NCBI GenBank assembly: GCA_963749195.1
Contig: CAVVLX010000006.1
Span: 862,722-926,721 of the forward strand
DNA length: 64,000 nt
Reading direction: 5' to 3'
Source: an uncultured Thermoplasmata archaeon
GTDB lineage: Archaea > Thermoplasmatota > Thermoplasmata > Lutacidiplasmatales > UBA184
The position numbers and the translations under genes are program-made. Below, in pieces: positions 55,479 to 64,000 of this stretch; within the stretch, counting starts at the first letter, position 1; each line of letters begins with the position of its first letter. The notes under the pieces are model-generated. The model made no database searches. It had not been told where the DNA came from and saw only the letters and a list, made by a program, of their open reading frames with translations.

Positions 55479-56075
55479 GTGGACGCTGGAATCGCTCCAC
55501 CGAAGGAATACTTGCGCCGTTGTGCGTGGGCCGAGAGCGACCCGATTCTCCGTCCGTACCATGACGGAGAGTGGGGAGTCCCGGAACATGACGGCCGCCG
55601 GCTTTGGGAGAAGCTGATGCTCGACGGATTCCAGGCGGGCCTCTCTTGGACGATCATCCTTCGAAAGCGCGAGGCCTTTCGGAGAGCGTTTCGGAACTTC
55701 GATCCCCAACGGGTGGCACGCTTTCGAGAAGCAGATGTGTTGCGCCTGCTCAAGGACCCAGCGATCGTTCGGTCCCGCGCCAAGATCGAAGCGACGATCG
55801 GCGGAGCTCGAGCCTACCTGGCCATGGAGAACGCCGGCGAGGACTTCTCGACGTTCGTTTGGGACCGCGTCGGCGGAAAGCCGATTCAGCACCTTGGCCC
55901 TATCCAGCCTAAGACGCCCCTATCGGAGGAGATTTCCACGCTCTTGAAAAAGCGGGGATTCAAATTCGTCGGACCCGTCATCGTGTATGCTTGGATGCAA
56001 GCAATTGGGTTGGTGAATGATCACTCGGTGAACTGCTTTCGACGCGACGTGGTTCGGACATTGGGTGGCGCCTAA
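55479..56075 (+). CDS. tag: DNA-3-methyladenine glycosylase I (Tag)
   Basis: ORF 55254-56075. RRCAWAESDPILRPYHDGEWGVPEHDGRRLWEKLMLDGFQAGLSWTIILRKREAFR...KKRGFKFVGPVIVYAWMQAIGLVNDH is collinear with bacterial Tag. GTG 55479 (or TTG 55455) gives the family-typical ~200 aa. Confidence 0.88.
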   Translation: MDAGIAPPKEYLRRCAWAESDPILRPYHDGEWGVPEHDGRRLWEKLMLDGFQAGLSWTIILRKREAFRRAFRNFDPQRVARFREADVLRLLKDPAIVRSRAKIEATIGGARAYLAMENAGEDFSTFVWDRVGGKPIQHLGPIQPKTPLSEEISTLLKKRGFKFVGPVIVYAWMQAIGLVNDHSVNCFRRDVVRTLGGA

Positions 56076-56150
56076 GCGCGGATTGAGGGGGCCCGGCAAA
56101 CGAGCTGCGCCAGAAGTCCGCCACCACGAATGATTTGTCCGATCGAACCG

Positions 56151-56182
56151 AATAAAATCACACACACCCCAATAAAATCACA
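56151..56182 (+). repeat. Two exact 12-nt direct repeats AATAAAATCACA with 20-nt periodicity, upstream of the thermosome promoter
   Basis: Copies at 56151-56162 and 56171-56182, read directly from the sequence. They lie about 50 nt upstream of the TATA box at 56231 and are not seen elsewhere in the window on my reading. Confidence 0.7.
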
Positions 56183-56230
56183 GGGGGGGCTGGAAAGCGA
56201 ATAGAATCCCAAAGCCCAATTTTGAGGTAG

Positions 56231-56239
56231 TATTATATA
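56231..56239 (+). promoter_or_regulatory. TATA box of the thermosome gene
   Basis: TATTATATA is the strongest TATA-like element in the window. It sits 33-41 nt upstream of ATG 56272, implying a ~10-nt leader. Confidence 0.6.
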
Positions 56240-56271
56240 GAAGTGCTCGTCTCCCAGCATTGGTGGACACC

Positions 56272-57891
56272 ATGATGCAAGGGACTCCGATCCTCATCTT
56301 GAAAGAAGGGACTGAGCGGGCACGCGACAAGAGCGCGACGCAGAGCAATATTGCCGCGGCGCGAGCGATCGCCGACGCGGTCCGCACGACGCTCGGACCC
56401 CGTGGGATGGACAAGATGCTCGTGGATTCTATGGGCGACATCACCATCACGAACGATGGCGTCACGATCCTGAAGGAAGTCGACGTCGAGCACCCCGCCG
56501 GGAAGATGTTGGTCGAGGTCGCCAAGACTCAAGACCAGCAGTGCGGCGATGGGACCACCACGGCCGTCGTGCTCGCGGGCGAACTACTGAAGCGCGCCGA
56601 ATACCTACTGGAACAGAATATCCACCCCACCGTCATCACCCGCGGATTCCAAATCGGAGCTGCGGAAGGACGACGCCTACTCGATTCCGAAATCGGAACC
56701 ACGGTAAACCCGAAAGATGAGCAGATCCTCATCGACGTCGCGACGACCGCGATGGGATCCAAGGGCGTCTATGGCTCTCGAGACAAACTCGCGAAAATCG
56801 CCGTCGAAGCGGTCCAGAAGATCGCCGAGACTCGGGGCGGGAAGGTCCTGGCCGATGTCGACCAGATCAAAGTCGAAAAGCGACATGGCGGCACGATTGC
56901 CGATACGTCCCTGATCGAGGGCATCATCCTCGACAAAGAACGCGGACACCCCCGGATGCCTTCGGAAGTGAAGGACGCCAAGATCGCGCTCCTCAACTCC
57001 GCGCTGGAGATCAAGAAGACCGAGATCGAGAGCAAAATCAACATCAAGAATCCCAATCAGATCCAGAGCTTCCTCGACGAGGAAGACAAGACGTTCCGAC
57101 GCATGGTGGACGCGATCAAAGCGTCCGGCGCGAACGTCGTAGTGGCCCAGAAGGGCATCGACGATGTGGTGCTCCACTACCTCGCTAAGGCGGGGATCTA
57201 CGCTGTGAAACAGGTCAAGGAAAGCGATCTTCAGAAACTGGCGCGCGCGACCGGTGGGAAGATCGTCAACGGCATCAAGGAGCTCAGCAGCAGCGACCTC
57301 GGTTCGGCTAGCTTGGTCGAGGAACGCAAGGTGGGCGAAGACGACATGACCTTTGTCACGGGATGCAAGAATCCCCGCTCCGTCTCGATCCTGATTCGCG
57401 GAGGGAGCGAACACGTGACGCAAGAAGTTGAACGATCCCTCAATGATGCTCTCAAAGTCGTTTCGAGCGTCCTCGAGGATGGCGTGGTCTGCCCCGGAGG
57501 GGGAGCGACGGAAATCGATCTCGCCGTGAAGCTTCGAAAGTTCGCGCCCACCGTTGGTGGCCGGGAACAACTCGCCGTAGAGGCCTTCGCTCAATCCTTG
57601 GAATGCATTCCCTGGGCCCTCGCCGAGAATGGGGGATTCGATTCGATCAACACCCTGATCGAACTGCGGGGAGCCCACGAAGGGCCGAACGCCAACCGCA
57701 ACGTCGGGGTCAATCTCGCCGATGGCAAAGCCGCGGACATGTGGAAGCTCCATGTGGTCGAACCATCTCGCGTGAAGCGCCAAGCGTTGTCCAGTGCCGT
57801 CGAGGTCGCGAACATGGTCCTCCGAATCGATGACATCATCGCGTCGAAGAAGTCGAGCCCCACCCCGCCGGGTGGCGGTCACGACCACTGA
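56272..57891 (+). CDS. ths: Thermosome subunit (group II chaperonin)
   Basis: ORF 56260-57891 (TTG). ATG 56272 gives [16 protein letters not shown].... Motifs [43 protein letters not shown]. Lower GC and biased codon use, consistent with high expression. Confidence 0.97.
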   Translation: MMQGTPILILKEGTERARDKSATQSNIAAARAIADAVRTTLGPRGMDKMLVDSMGDITITNDGVTILKEVDVEHPAGKMLVEVAKTQDQQCGDGTTTAVVLAGELLKRAEYLLEQNIHPTVITRGFQIGAAEGRRLLDSEIGTTVNPKDEQILIDVATTAMGSKGVYGSRDKLAKIAVEAVQKIAETRGGKVLADVDQIKVEKRHGGTIADTSLIEGIILDKERGHPRMPSEVKDAKIALLNSALEIKKTEIESKINIKNPNQIQSFLDEEDKTFRRMVDAIKASGANVVVAQKGIDDVVLHYLAKAGIYAVKQVKESDLQKLARATGGKIVNGIKELSSSDLGSASLVEERKVGEDDMTFVTGCKNPRSVSILIRGGSEHVTQEVERSLNDALKVVSSVLEDGVVCPGGGATEIDLAVKLRKFAPTVGGREQLAVEAFAQSLECIPWALAENGGFDSINTLIELRGAHEGPNANRNVGVNLADGKAADMWKLHVVEPSRVKRQALSSAVEVANMVLRIDDIIASKKSSPTPPGGGHDH

Positions 57892-58003
57892 AGCGACCGA
57901 TCGCCCAACCCCTTCCTCTCGCTCGCCCAACCCGGACCGTGTTCGACTTTGCGCAGCTCGTTGCGAAGCCTTCTTAACGAGGAGCGAGTAGGCGGCGACT
58001 ACC

Positions 58004-58405
58004 ATGCGCACCAAGCAGGTCGAAGGCGTCTTGCGACTCGACGTCGTCGCTCTGGATCCACGGCCGGCCGTGTATCTCGCGTACGACGGTTTGGGAGGAC
58101 TTTCTCAACGGCCGCTGCTTCGCGACTTGATCGAAGAGCTCCAGCGAAAGGGGCCGGAGGCCCTGCGATCGTTTCTCGACGCGCTTCGGCGCCATCACTC
58201 AGGTCAAGTTCACGTCTATTTCGCCGATTATGTGAGCTACGGAATCGGCGGAGGGGACGCCACCGCCGAGTTCTTCTTCGGTACGTTCCTGTTACTCCAC
58301 GAACCGGCGCAGATCGCCGGCACCGAGCCGGGGCACCCGGAAGAGCTCGTGCTGATGCGTCCGATTGGAACCGAGCGACTGTCACTCGAAGGACTGGCGA
58401 GCTAA
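58004..58405 (+). CDS. Hypothetical protein
   Basis: 133-aa ATG-initiated ORF between the thermosome and lysS genes. Coding-like codon use and balanced composition (…LLRDLIEELQRKGPEALRSFLDALRRHH…). Competing ORFs in the region are Arg/Pro-rich. No family recognised. Confidence 0.55.
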   Translation: MRTKQVEGVLRLDVVALDPRPAVYLAYDGLGGLSQRPLLRDLIEELQRKGPEALRSFLDALRRHHSGQVHVYFADYVSYGIGGGDATAEFFFGTFLLLHEPAQIAGTEPGHPEELVLMRPIGTERLSLEGLAS

Positions 58406-58460
58406 GCTCGCTCGACGACACGCTTTTTCCCTCGAGTGTCTCCCAGATCGGGGGAGGGGC

Positions 58461-59948
58461 ATGCCCGTCGGAGAGGAATCGCATCTTGTCGCGGAGCGGC
58501 GCCAGAAGGTGGCCCGACTCCGACGCGAGGGCCGCGAACCGTATCCGTGGACCTTTCCCGATAGAGTCCCGATCTCCGACGCGCTCGCTCGTTGTGCTGT
58601 CCTTTCGCCAGGAGCCCAGGAGGAAGGAGCGGTCCTCCGGGTCGCGGGCCGGCTGAAGGCCGTTCGCTCGCACGGGAAGAGCTCGTTTCTGGACCTCGAG
58701 GATCTGTCAGGGCCCCTGCAGTTGTTCCTTCGAGTGAACGAACTTGGAGAAGAGACCTACACTCGCTGGCTATCGGATATCGATCCGGGGGACCTCTTGG
58801 GGGCCGAAGGGGCTCCGATGGTCACGCGGCGGGGCGAACCTTCGTTACTCGTGCGCCAGCTGTTCCTGCTGAGCAAGGCGCTAACCCCCCCGCCGGAGAA
58901 GTTTCACGGGCTTCAGGACCCCGAGGAACGGCTCCGACATCGCCATGTCGATCTTCTATCCTCGGCGGAAACTCGAGGGCGATTTCGATTCCGATCGCTT
59001 CTGGTGTCCGAACTGCGTCGCTACTTGGACCAACACGGCTTTCTCGAGGTCGAAACCCCTATCTTGGTACAGATTGCGAGTGGCGCCGCCGCGCAACCGT
59101 TCGTCACGCGCTCGCACTTTCTCGACGCGGATCTCCAGCTCCGTATTGCCGAGGAACTCCCGCTCAAGCGATTGCTCGTGGGAGGACTCGAACGGGTCTA
59201 TGAGGTGGGGCGCTGCTTCCGCAATGAGGACGGAGATACGACTCACAGTCCGGAGTTCACGATGTTCGAACTCTATTGGGCGTATGCCGACTACCACGAT
59301 ATGCGCGCGCTCGTGGAGGGGCTCCTTCGTCACTTGGCCAACCAGTTGCGGTCGTGGGCGCCCGACGACCCAAAAATCCATGCCTCGACCGAACGATTTC
59401 AGGCGCCATTCGCCACGATCGACTTCGTCGACGAACTCGAGCGGCGCTCCGGTATTCCAGACGTCCTCGAGAAGGATCGAGACCAGCTCCGGGAACTTGC
59501 CCGATCGATCGGATCCACCGTGCCCGACGACTCTCCCGCCGGTACGTTTCTCGACAAGCTCTTCGAGCACTACGTGGAGCCGACCATCGATCGACCAACC
59601 TTTGTTCTTGATCATCCGCAGTCCACTACTCCTCTGGCGAAACGGCATCGGTCGCGGCCCGGTCGAGTCGAGCGTTTCGAGTTGTTCTGCCAGGGTTTCG
59701 AATTGGGCAACGCGTACACCGAGCTCAATGATCCTGAGGAGCAGGAGCGTCGATTTCGCGAGCAGCTCGCGGCGCGTGGGATCGATCACTATGCCTACGA
59801 CGCAGAGTTCGTGGAGGCGCTACGGTACGGAATGCCCCCGGCGACTGGAGTGGGCTTGGGTGTCGATCGGATCGTAATGGCACTGATGGATCTCCCCTCG
59901 ATCAAGGACGTGATCCTGTTCCCCCAGCTTCGCCGTCGGGTAGTCTAG
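58461..59948 (+). CDS. lysS: Lysyl-tRNA synthetase, class II type
   Basis: ORF 58365-59948. ATG 58461 gives MPVGEESHLVAERRQKVARLR.... OB anticodon-binding domain. Class II motifs FLEVETPIL, YEVGRCFRNED, ERFELFCQGFELGNAYTELNDPEEQ, GMPPATGVGLGVDR. Confidence 0.92.
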   Translation: MPVGEESHLVAERRQKVARLRREGREPYPWTFPDRVPISDALARCAVLSPGAQEEGAVLRVAGRLKAVRSHGKSSFLDLEDLSGPLQLFLRVNELGEETYTRWLSDIDPGDLLGAEGAPMVTRRGEPSLLVRQLFLLSKALTPPPEKFHGLQDPEERLRHRHVDLLSSAETRGRFRFRSLLVSELRRYLDQHGFLEVETPILVQIASGAAAQPFVTRSHFLDADLQLRIAEELPLKRLLVGGLERVYEVGRCFRNEDGDTTHSPEFTMFELYWAYADYHDMRALVEGLLRHLANQLRSWAPDDPKIHASTERFQAPFATIDFVDELERRSGIPDVLEKDRDQLRELARSIGSTVPDDSPAGTFLDKLFEHYVEPTIDRPTFVLDHPQSTTPLAKRHRSRPGRVERFELFCQGFELGNAYTELNDPEEQERRFREQLAARGIDHYAYDAEFVEALRYGMPPATGVGLGVDRIVMALMDLPSIKDVILFPQLRRRVV

Positions 59949-59990
59949 CGGACTGCTCGACTCTGGCCGCGCGCGCAGGGCGATTCCCCC

Positions 59991-59998
59991 TTAATACC
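59991..59998 (+). promoter_or_regulatory. TATA-box-like element upstream of the ABC transporter operon
   Basis: TTAATACC starts 32 nt upstream of ATG 60023, with no Shine-Dalgarno-like purine run in between. Compatible with a leaderless transcript. Confidence 0.35.
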
Positions 59999-60022
59999 TC
60001 GAAAAGTCATCGAACGGCCGCG

Positions 60023-60835
60023 ATGAGGCACGGGGTACCGACTCCAGCACGAGACGCGGTCCCGCTGCTCATCGATCGGCTCGTCGTCGCCTACGGCGCC
60101 CATCGCGCCGTCGACGAACTGTCATTGACCGTTCGTTCGGGGGAGATCTATGGACTCTTGGGGTCGAACGGGGCCGGGAAATCGAGTACGATCAAGACGG
60201 TAGTGGGGCTGGTCACTCCAGCCGCCGGTCGTCTCCGCGTGTTTGGATTTGACCCGGTCTCGGAAGGACTAAGCGCAAAGCGATTGATCGGTTACGTGCC
60301 CGAGACCGCACTCCTCTTCGATTCGCTGACGCCACGCGAGTTTCTCGAATTCGTGGCCAGCGTTCGCCGGTTAGACGCTCAGGCAGCGACCGAGCGCGCC
60401 GCCACGTACGCCACCGCCTTCCAGCTCGAACCGGACTTCGAACGACCGATCTCCACGCTCTCGAACGGGACGAAGCAGAAGGTGTTGCTCATCGCGGCGT
60501 TCCTGCACCAGCCGCCGCTGCTCGTCCTTGACGAACCACTCAACAATCTCGATCCCCGCTCCGTCCGCATCATGAAGGAACTCCTTCGAACGTATGTCCA
60601 AAATGGACGTCACGGAGTGTTGTTCTCGACCCACACGATGGAGGTCGCTCAGCAGTTGTGCGACCGGGTCGGAATCCTCGATTCCGGAGTTTTGCGAGGC
60701 GAAGGAACGCTGGCCACGCTCCAGGAAAAGGTCGCCTCCGGCGACGCCACGTTGGAAGAGATCTTTCTTCGATTGACCCACGAGGAGGAAGGGGTGCGCG
60801 AAGCCGTCCGAGCGATCCAGGAGGCCGGTCGTTGA
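60023..60835 (+). CDS. ABC transporter ATP-binding protein (ABC-2 / DrrA-like)
   Basis: Walker A GSNGAGKSST, Q-loop, signature LSNGTKQKV, Walker B LLVLDEPLNNLD, H-loop STHTM. Confidence 0.92.
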   Translation: MRHGVPTPARDAVPLLIDRLVVAYGAHRAVDELSLTVRSGEIYGLLGSNGAGKSSTIKTVVGLVTPAAGRLRVFGFDPVSEGLSAKRLIGYVPETALLFDSLTPREFLEFVASVRRLDAQAATERAATYATAFQLEPDFERPISTLSNGTKQKVLLIAAFLHQPPLLVLDEPLNNLDPRSVRIMKELLRTYVQNGRHGVLFSTHTMEVAQQLCDRVGILDSGVLRGEGTLATLQEKVASGDATLEEIFLRLTHEEEGVREAVRAIQEAGR

Positions 60836-62499
60836 GCTGGCGCGAGGCGTGGCGCCTTTCGACGATCGGGTTTACGGAACTCTCCGTCCAAGCCATCTAC
60901 GCGTTTCGGCAGGGGGATCTTCCGCCCCCGTCGGAGGCGCTCACCTTGGTCCCCCGAGCTCGGCGACGCGTGCGTCAGAGCAAGGCCCTGGTCGGTCTGA
61001 TCATGGGAGTGCTAGCGCTCGGAGCGCTGGCGTTGCTTCGGTTTCCGTTGACGCGGCACCTATCGGTGGCGCTACCCTTTAGCTACTATGTCGGGGGCGT
61101 GCTGGGGGCACTGTTCATCATCCAGATCGCGCTGCTATGGTGGACCGGACTGCAGATCCTCCCGACGTATCTGGGTTCCGGGATCGTCGAGCTGCTCGAG
61201 ACGTTGCCCCTCGATGATACCACCTTGGACCGAGCCACTCTGCTCCTCTTCCTGCGACTCTTCGATGCCCCGGCCCTGGTCTCTTTGACGCTCTTTCCAT
61301 TGGCCGTGGGACTCGCACTTGGATCGGTCTTCGCCGGATTGGCCGCGCTGTTGGGGATCGCCGTGGCCGTCACGTTCGCGCTCGTACTCGCGCTGCTCAC
61401 CGGCAGATTTTTCCTACATCGGGTCCAGAATGCCGAAAGCCGTCCCGGCCACACCGCATTGCGTTGGGCCTACCTGGTCCTCTGGGCCATCCCCGCGTTC
61501 GCGATGTATGGATTTGTCGCCGCCGCGCCTGGCTTTTTCACCTTTCTTGGAGGCTTGGTCGCGCATGGACCTAACGCCGACCTTCTGCTGCTGGAAGCGA
61601 CGTATCCGTTTCCGCTGGGATTTCTTCCTGCCCTGGCAGCTCACGTCGGGCTGTCCAGCTGGAGCGGCCTAGAGCTGGGGGTGGCCATTGGGGCCTCCGT
61701 CGGCTATGTCGCCGTTTTCGTATTGGCCGCACGATGGCTCGCAAGCGCGCCGCGTCGACTCGCACGCGTGCCTGCGGCGGCGACGCGCGACCGCTCCATC
61801 CGGGCGCACCGAATTCGAACGGGGGGCGTCAGCTGGGCCGTCCTGACCAAAGATCTTCGAACCGCCTCTCGAACACCGGGCTACGCCTTCCTGATCCTCC
61901 TCCCGCTCCTAGACGCGGTTGCCATCGGTCTCTGGACGTATGTTTCGTCACCCGCGCCGACGGACGCTCTGAATCTCGCTCTGGCGGCGGTGGCCACCGC
62001 CGCCTTGCTCGCAACCTTCTTTGGCCCCGCGTTCTTCGCGATCGAAGTGATGGGCTACTCGTACTCCCGCAGCCTGCCGCTCGCAGAGCGGTCGCTGCTG
62101 CTCGGAAAGGTTTCCCTTGTGGCGCTCATCTATCTCCTCGCATCGGGGATGGTGCTCGGACTGACGCTTTTGAGGGTGTTTGCGCCGGCCCTTTTCGTGA
62201 TCTTCTTGCTGGCGGAGCTCCCGGGAATCCTCGCCGCCGCGTTTCTGGAGCTCGGAATCCTCTTCCGACGCGCGCGCCGCGCGGGGCTCCCCATCGTCAA
62301 CCTATATGCCGGGGCCTGGTGGGTCGCCGCCGTCTCGATCCCAGGACTGATCGTCGCGGGCGCTCCGCTCATCGTGTTTGACTACTTCCGGGCGTTCCCC
62401 TTTTCGCAAGCCCTTCCTGCCATGGGAGGTCTGGCCCTCGCAGAACTCGCTGTTTGCGCGTCGTTTGGGCTCGGCCTGGGGAGCGGTGCAAATCGGTGA
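60832..62499 (+). CDS. Large polytopic membrane protein, putative permease partner of the ABC ATPase
   Basis: ORF 60658-62499. TTG 60832 overlaps the ATPase stop (TTGA), and the upstream part of the ORF is Arg-rich. At least 12 hydrophobic segments. No conserved motif recognised. Confidence 0.7.
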   Translation: MSWREAWRLSTIGFTELSVQAIYAFRQGDLPPPSEALTLVPRARRRVRQSKALVGLIMGVLALGALALLRFPLTRHLSVALPFSYYVGGVLGALFIIQIALLWWTGLQILPTYLGSGIVELLETLPLDDTTLDRATLLLFLRLFDAPALVSLTLFPLAVGLALGSVFAGLAALLGIAVAVTFALVLALLTGRFFLHRVQNAESRPGHTALRWAYLVLWAIPAFAMYGFVAAAPGFFTFLGGLVAHGPNADLLLLEATYPFPLGFLPALAAHVGLSSWSGLELGVAIGASVGYVAVFVLAARWLASAPRRLARVPAAATRDRSIRAHRIRTGGVSWAVLTKDLRTASRTPGYAFLILLPLLDAVAIGLWTYVSSPAPTDALNLALAAVATAALLATFFGPAFFAIEVMGYSYSRSLPLAERSLLLGKVSLVALIYLLASGMVLGLTLLRVFAPALFVIFLLAELPGILAAAFLELGILFRRARRAGLPIVNLYAGAWWVAAVSIPGLIVAGAPLIVFDYFRAFPFSQALPAMGGLALAELAVCASFGLGLGSGANR

Positions 62500-64000
62500 C
62501 GGCGACGACGCTGCCCTCTCGCCCCGATTTCGGAGCGATCGAAGCTCGTTGGCAAGCCGAATGGAAGCGGCAGGGCTACGCCCACGGTCCGGACTCTCCT
62601 CGTGGTGTCCCCTACTCGATCATCCTTCCCCCTCCGAATGTCACGGGGGTCTTGCACCTAGGTCACATGCTCGGAAACACCGTTCAGGACCTACTGATTC
62701 GCTATCACCGGATGCGAGGTCGCCCCACCGCGTGGATCGCGGGATTGGACCATGCAGGTCTATCGACCCAAGTCGAGGTCCGCCGACGACTGGCCAAGCA
62801 GGGAGTGGAACTCGAACGACTACCGCGCGAAGAGATCCTCGCGCACATTGAATCCTGGCGGCGCGAGCACGAAGCGCGGATCCGAGCGCAGCTCGAAGCC
62901 GGGGGATTTTCCTTGGATTGGAGTCGCTTCCGCTACACCCTCGACGATCGCGCGGTCCGCGCAACGCGCGAGGTTTTCGTGCGCCTGCACCAGGATGGCC
63001 TCGTCTACCGAGGCGAGCGGATCGTGAACTGGGACCCCAAGCTCGAGACGGCCGTGTCCGACTTGGAGGTGATCCATTCGGACGAAGAAGGAACTCTCCT
63101 CTACATCCGATACCCTTGGGCCGATGGAACCGCGGGCGGGATTGTGGTAGCGACCGTGCGCCCGGAGACGATCTTTGGCGATGTCGCAGTCGCCGTGAAC
63201 CCGACCGATCGACGATATACCGCTTCGATCGGGAAATCGGTGGTCGTGCCGTTGACCGGCCGGGTCGTGCCGATTGTCGCTGACTCGGCGGTGGATCCTG
63301 AATTTGGCAATGGCGCACTCAAGATCACGCCCCGCCACGACCTCGTGGATTACGAGATATTTCGTCGGAACGGTAGATTGCCGCTTCCCCCGAGCATCCT
63401 CGATGCGCGGGCGCATCTCGAAGGGGAGTGGGTACCTGCGGAGTTCCGAGGAATGGACCGAGACGAGGCTCGGCCCCGTGTGGCGGAGGCGCTAGCCGCG
63501 GCAGGGTTCGTCGAGCGGAGCGAACCGTATCGACATTCGGTGGGCCGATCCGAGCGCTCCGATGCGGTCATCGAGCCTCGACTTTCGACCCAGTGGTTCG
63601 TGCGACTGGCCCGGCTGGCAGTTCCGGCGGTCGAAGCCGTCCGCAACGGGTCGATTCAGATCTTTCCGGAACGATGGAATCTCACGTTTTTCCGGTGGAT
63701 GGAGAATCTCCAGGACTGGTGCATCTCCCGACAAATCGTGTGGGGCCATCCGATCCCCGTGTACTACTGTGATACCTGCCACGCCGAGTTGGCTTCGGTC
63801 GAGCCGCCCGCGCGCTGTCCGAAATGCGAGGGCACGTCGCTCACCTCGGACCCCGACGTGCTCGATACGTGGTTCACGAGCTGGTTGTGGCCGTTCCATG
63901 CCCTCGGTTGGCCGGAGGCGACCGCGGATCTGGCCCACTACTATCCGAACAGCGTCCTCGTCACCGGCCGGGATATCATGTTCTTCTGGGTTGCTCGCAT
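62496..64000 (+). CDS. valS: Valyl-tRNA synthetase, N-terminal ~500 aa (continues beyond the window)
   Basis: Own translation; not in the ORF track because there is no stop in the window. GTG 62496 overlaps the upstream stop (GTGA). ...YSIILPPPNVTGVLHLGH (HIGH), GLDHAGLSTQVEV, VNWDPKLETAVSDLEV, IEPRLSTQWFV, CISRQIVWGHPIPVYYC, DVLDTWFTSWLWPF. Confidence 0.95.
   Translation, partial: MTATTLPSRPDFGAIEARWQAEWKRQGYAHGPDSPRGVPYSIILPPPNVTGVLHLGHMLGNTVQDLLIRYHRMRGRPTAWIAGLDHAGLSTQVEVRRRLAKQGVELERLPREEILAHIESWRREHEARIRAQLEAGGFSLDWSRFRYTLDDRAVRATREVFVRLHQDGLVYRGERIVNWDPKLETAVSDLEVIHSDEEGTLLYIRYPWADGTAGGIVVATVRPETIFGDVAVAVNPTDRRYTASIGKSVVVPLTGRVVPIVADSAVDPEFGNGALKITPRHDLVDYEIFRRNGRLPLPPSILDARAHLEGEWVPAEFRGMDRDEARPRVAEALAAAGFVERSEPYRHSVGRSERSDAVIEPRLSTQWFVRLARLAVPAVEAVRNGSIQIFPERWNLTFFRWMENLQDWCISRQIVWGHPIPVYYCDTCHAELASVEPPARCPKCEGTSLTSDPDVLDTWFTSWLWPFHALGWPEATADLAHYYPNSVLVTGRDIMFFWVAR

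Noticed and set aside
56677-58014. 445-aa minus-strand ORF antisense to the thermosome gene
   Set aside because: The opposite strand encodes a near-perfect group II chaperonin. The antisense product has no recognisable features.
1-64000. CRISPR arrays, rRNA genes, IS elements or transposases, toxin-antitoxin pairs, classical defence systems
   Set aside because: No regularly spaced repeats, rRNA-like conserved stretches, transposase motifs or nuclease/helicase defence signatures were seen on either strand. The only mobile element identified is the thyX intein.

Overview
GC-rich archaeal chromosomal segment, almost fully coding: about 50 protein genes and one tRNA, with no rRNA, CRISPR array or transposon seen. 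Archaeal identity rests on a thermosome, Pus10, ribosomal protein L21e, RNA polymerase subunit F (Rpo4), DUF655, KsgA/Dim1, a XerA-type recombinase and TATA-box-like promoters. An aldehyde dehydrogenase / MOFRL glycerate kinase pair and a class II LysRS hint at a Thermoplasmata-like lineage (inference only). Main blocks: (i) 0.5-6.7 kb, amino-acid, sugar-nucleotide and redox enzymes. (ii) 6.8-15.0 kb, a minus-strand cluster of MoxR AAA+ ATPase, DUF58, a DUF4129-like protein, two unassigned membrane proteins and an 1185-aa Kelch-propeller surface protein rich in N-glycosylation sequons; this is the best candidate here for an uncharacterised system. (iii) 16.4-32.8 kb, a seven-gene, translationally coupled alpha-glucan/trehalose operon (GlgE, TreS-Pep2, MalQ, GlgB, TreZ, GH57-DUF3536, TreY). 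(iv) A bacterial-type class III nucleotide cyclase-TPR protein next to tRNA-Cys. (v) Housekeeping genes (MetRS, ThyX, LysRS, ValRS, thermosome, Pus10-L21e-RpoF-DUF655-KsgA). ThyX is interrupted by a 464-aa HNH-type intein inside its signature motif. Five conserved genes (GH57, metG, thyX, rpl21e, ksgA) each carry a single-nucleotide frame break. These most likely reflect indel errors in the assembly and should temper trust in small-ORF calls. Two genes at the window edges (1-485 minus; valS 62496-64000 plus) are missing from the ORF track because they have no stop codon in the window. Many ORF-track entries are long antisense or alternative-frame ORFs typical of high-GC DNA and were not annotated. 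Several ORF-track starts were shortened to internal ATG/GTG/TTG codons that give 4-nt stop/start overlaps or fit family N-termini.
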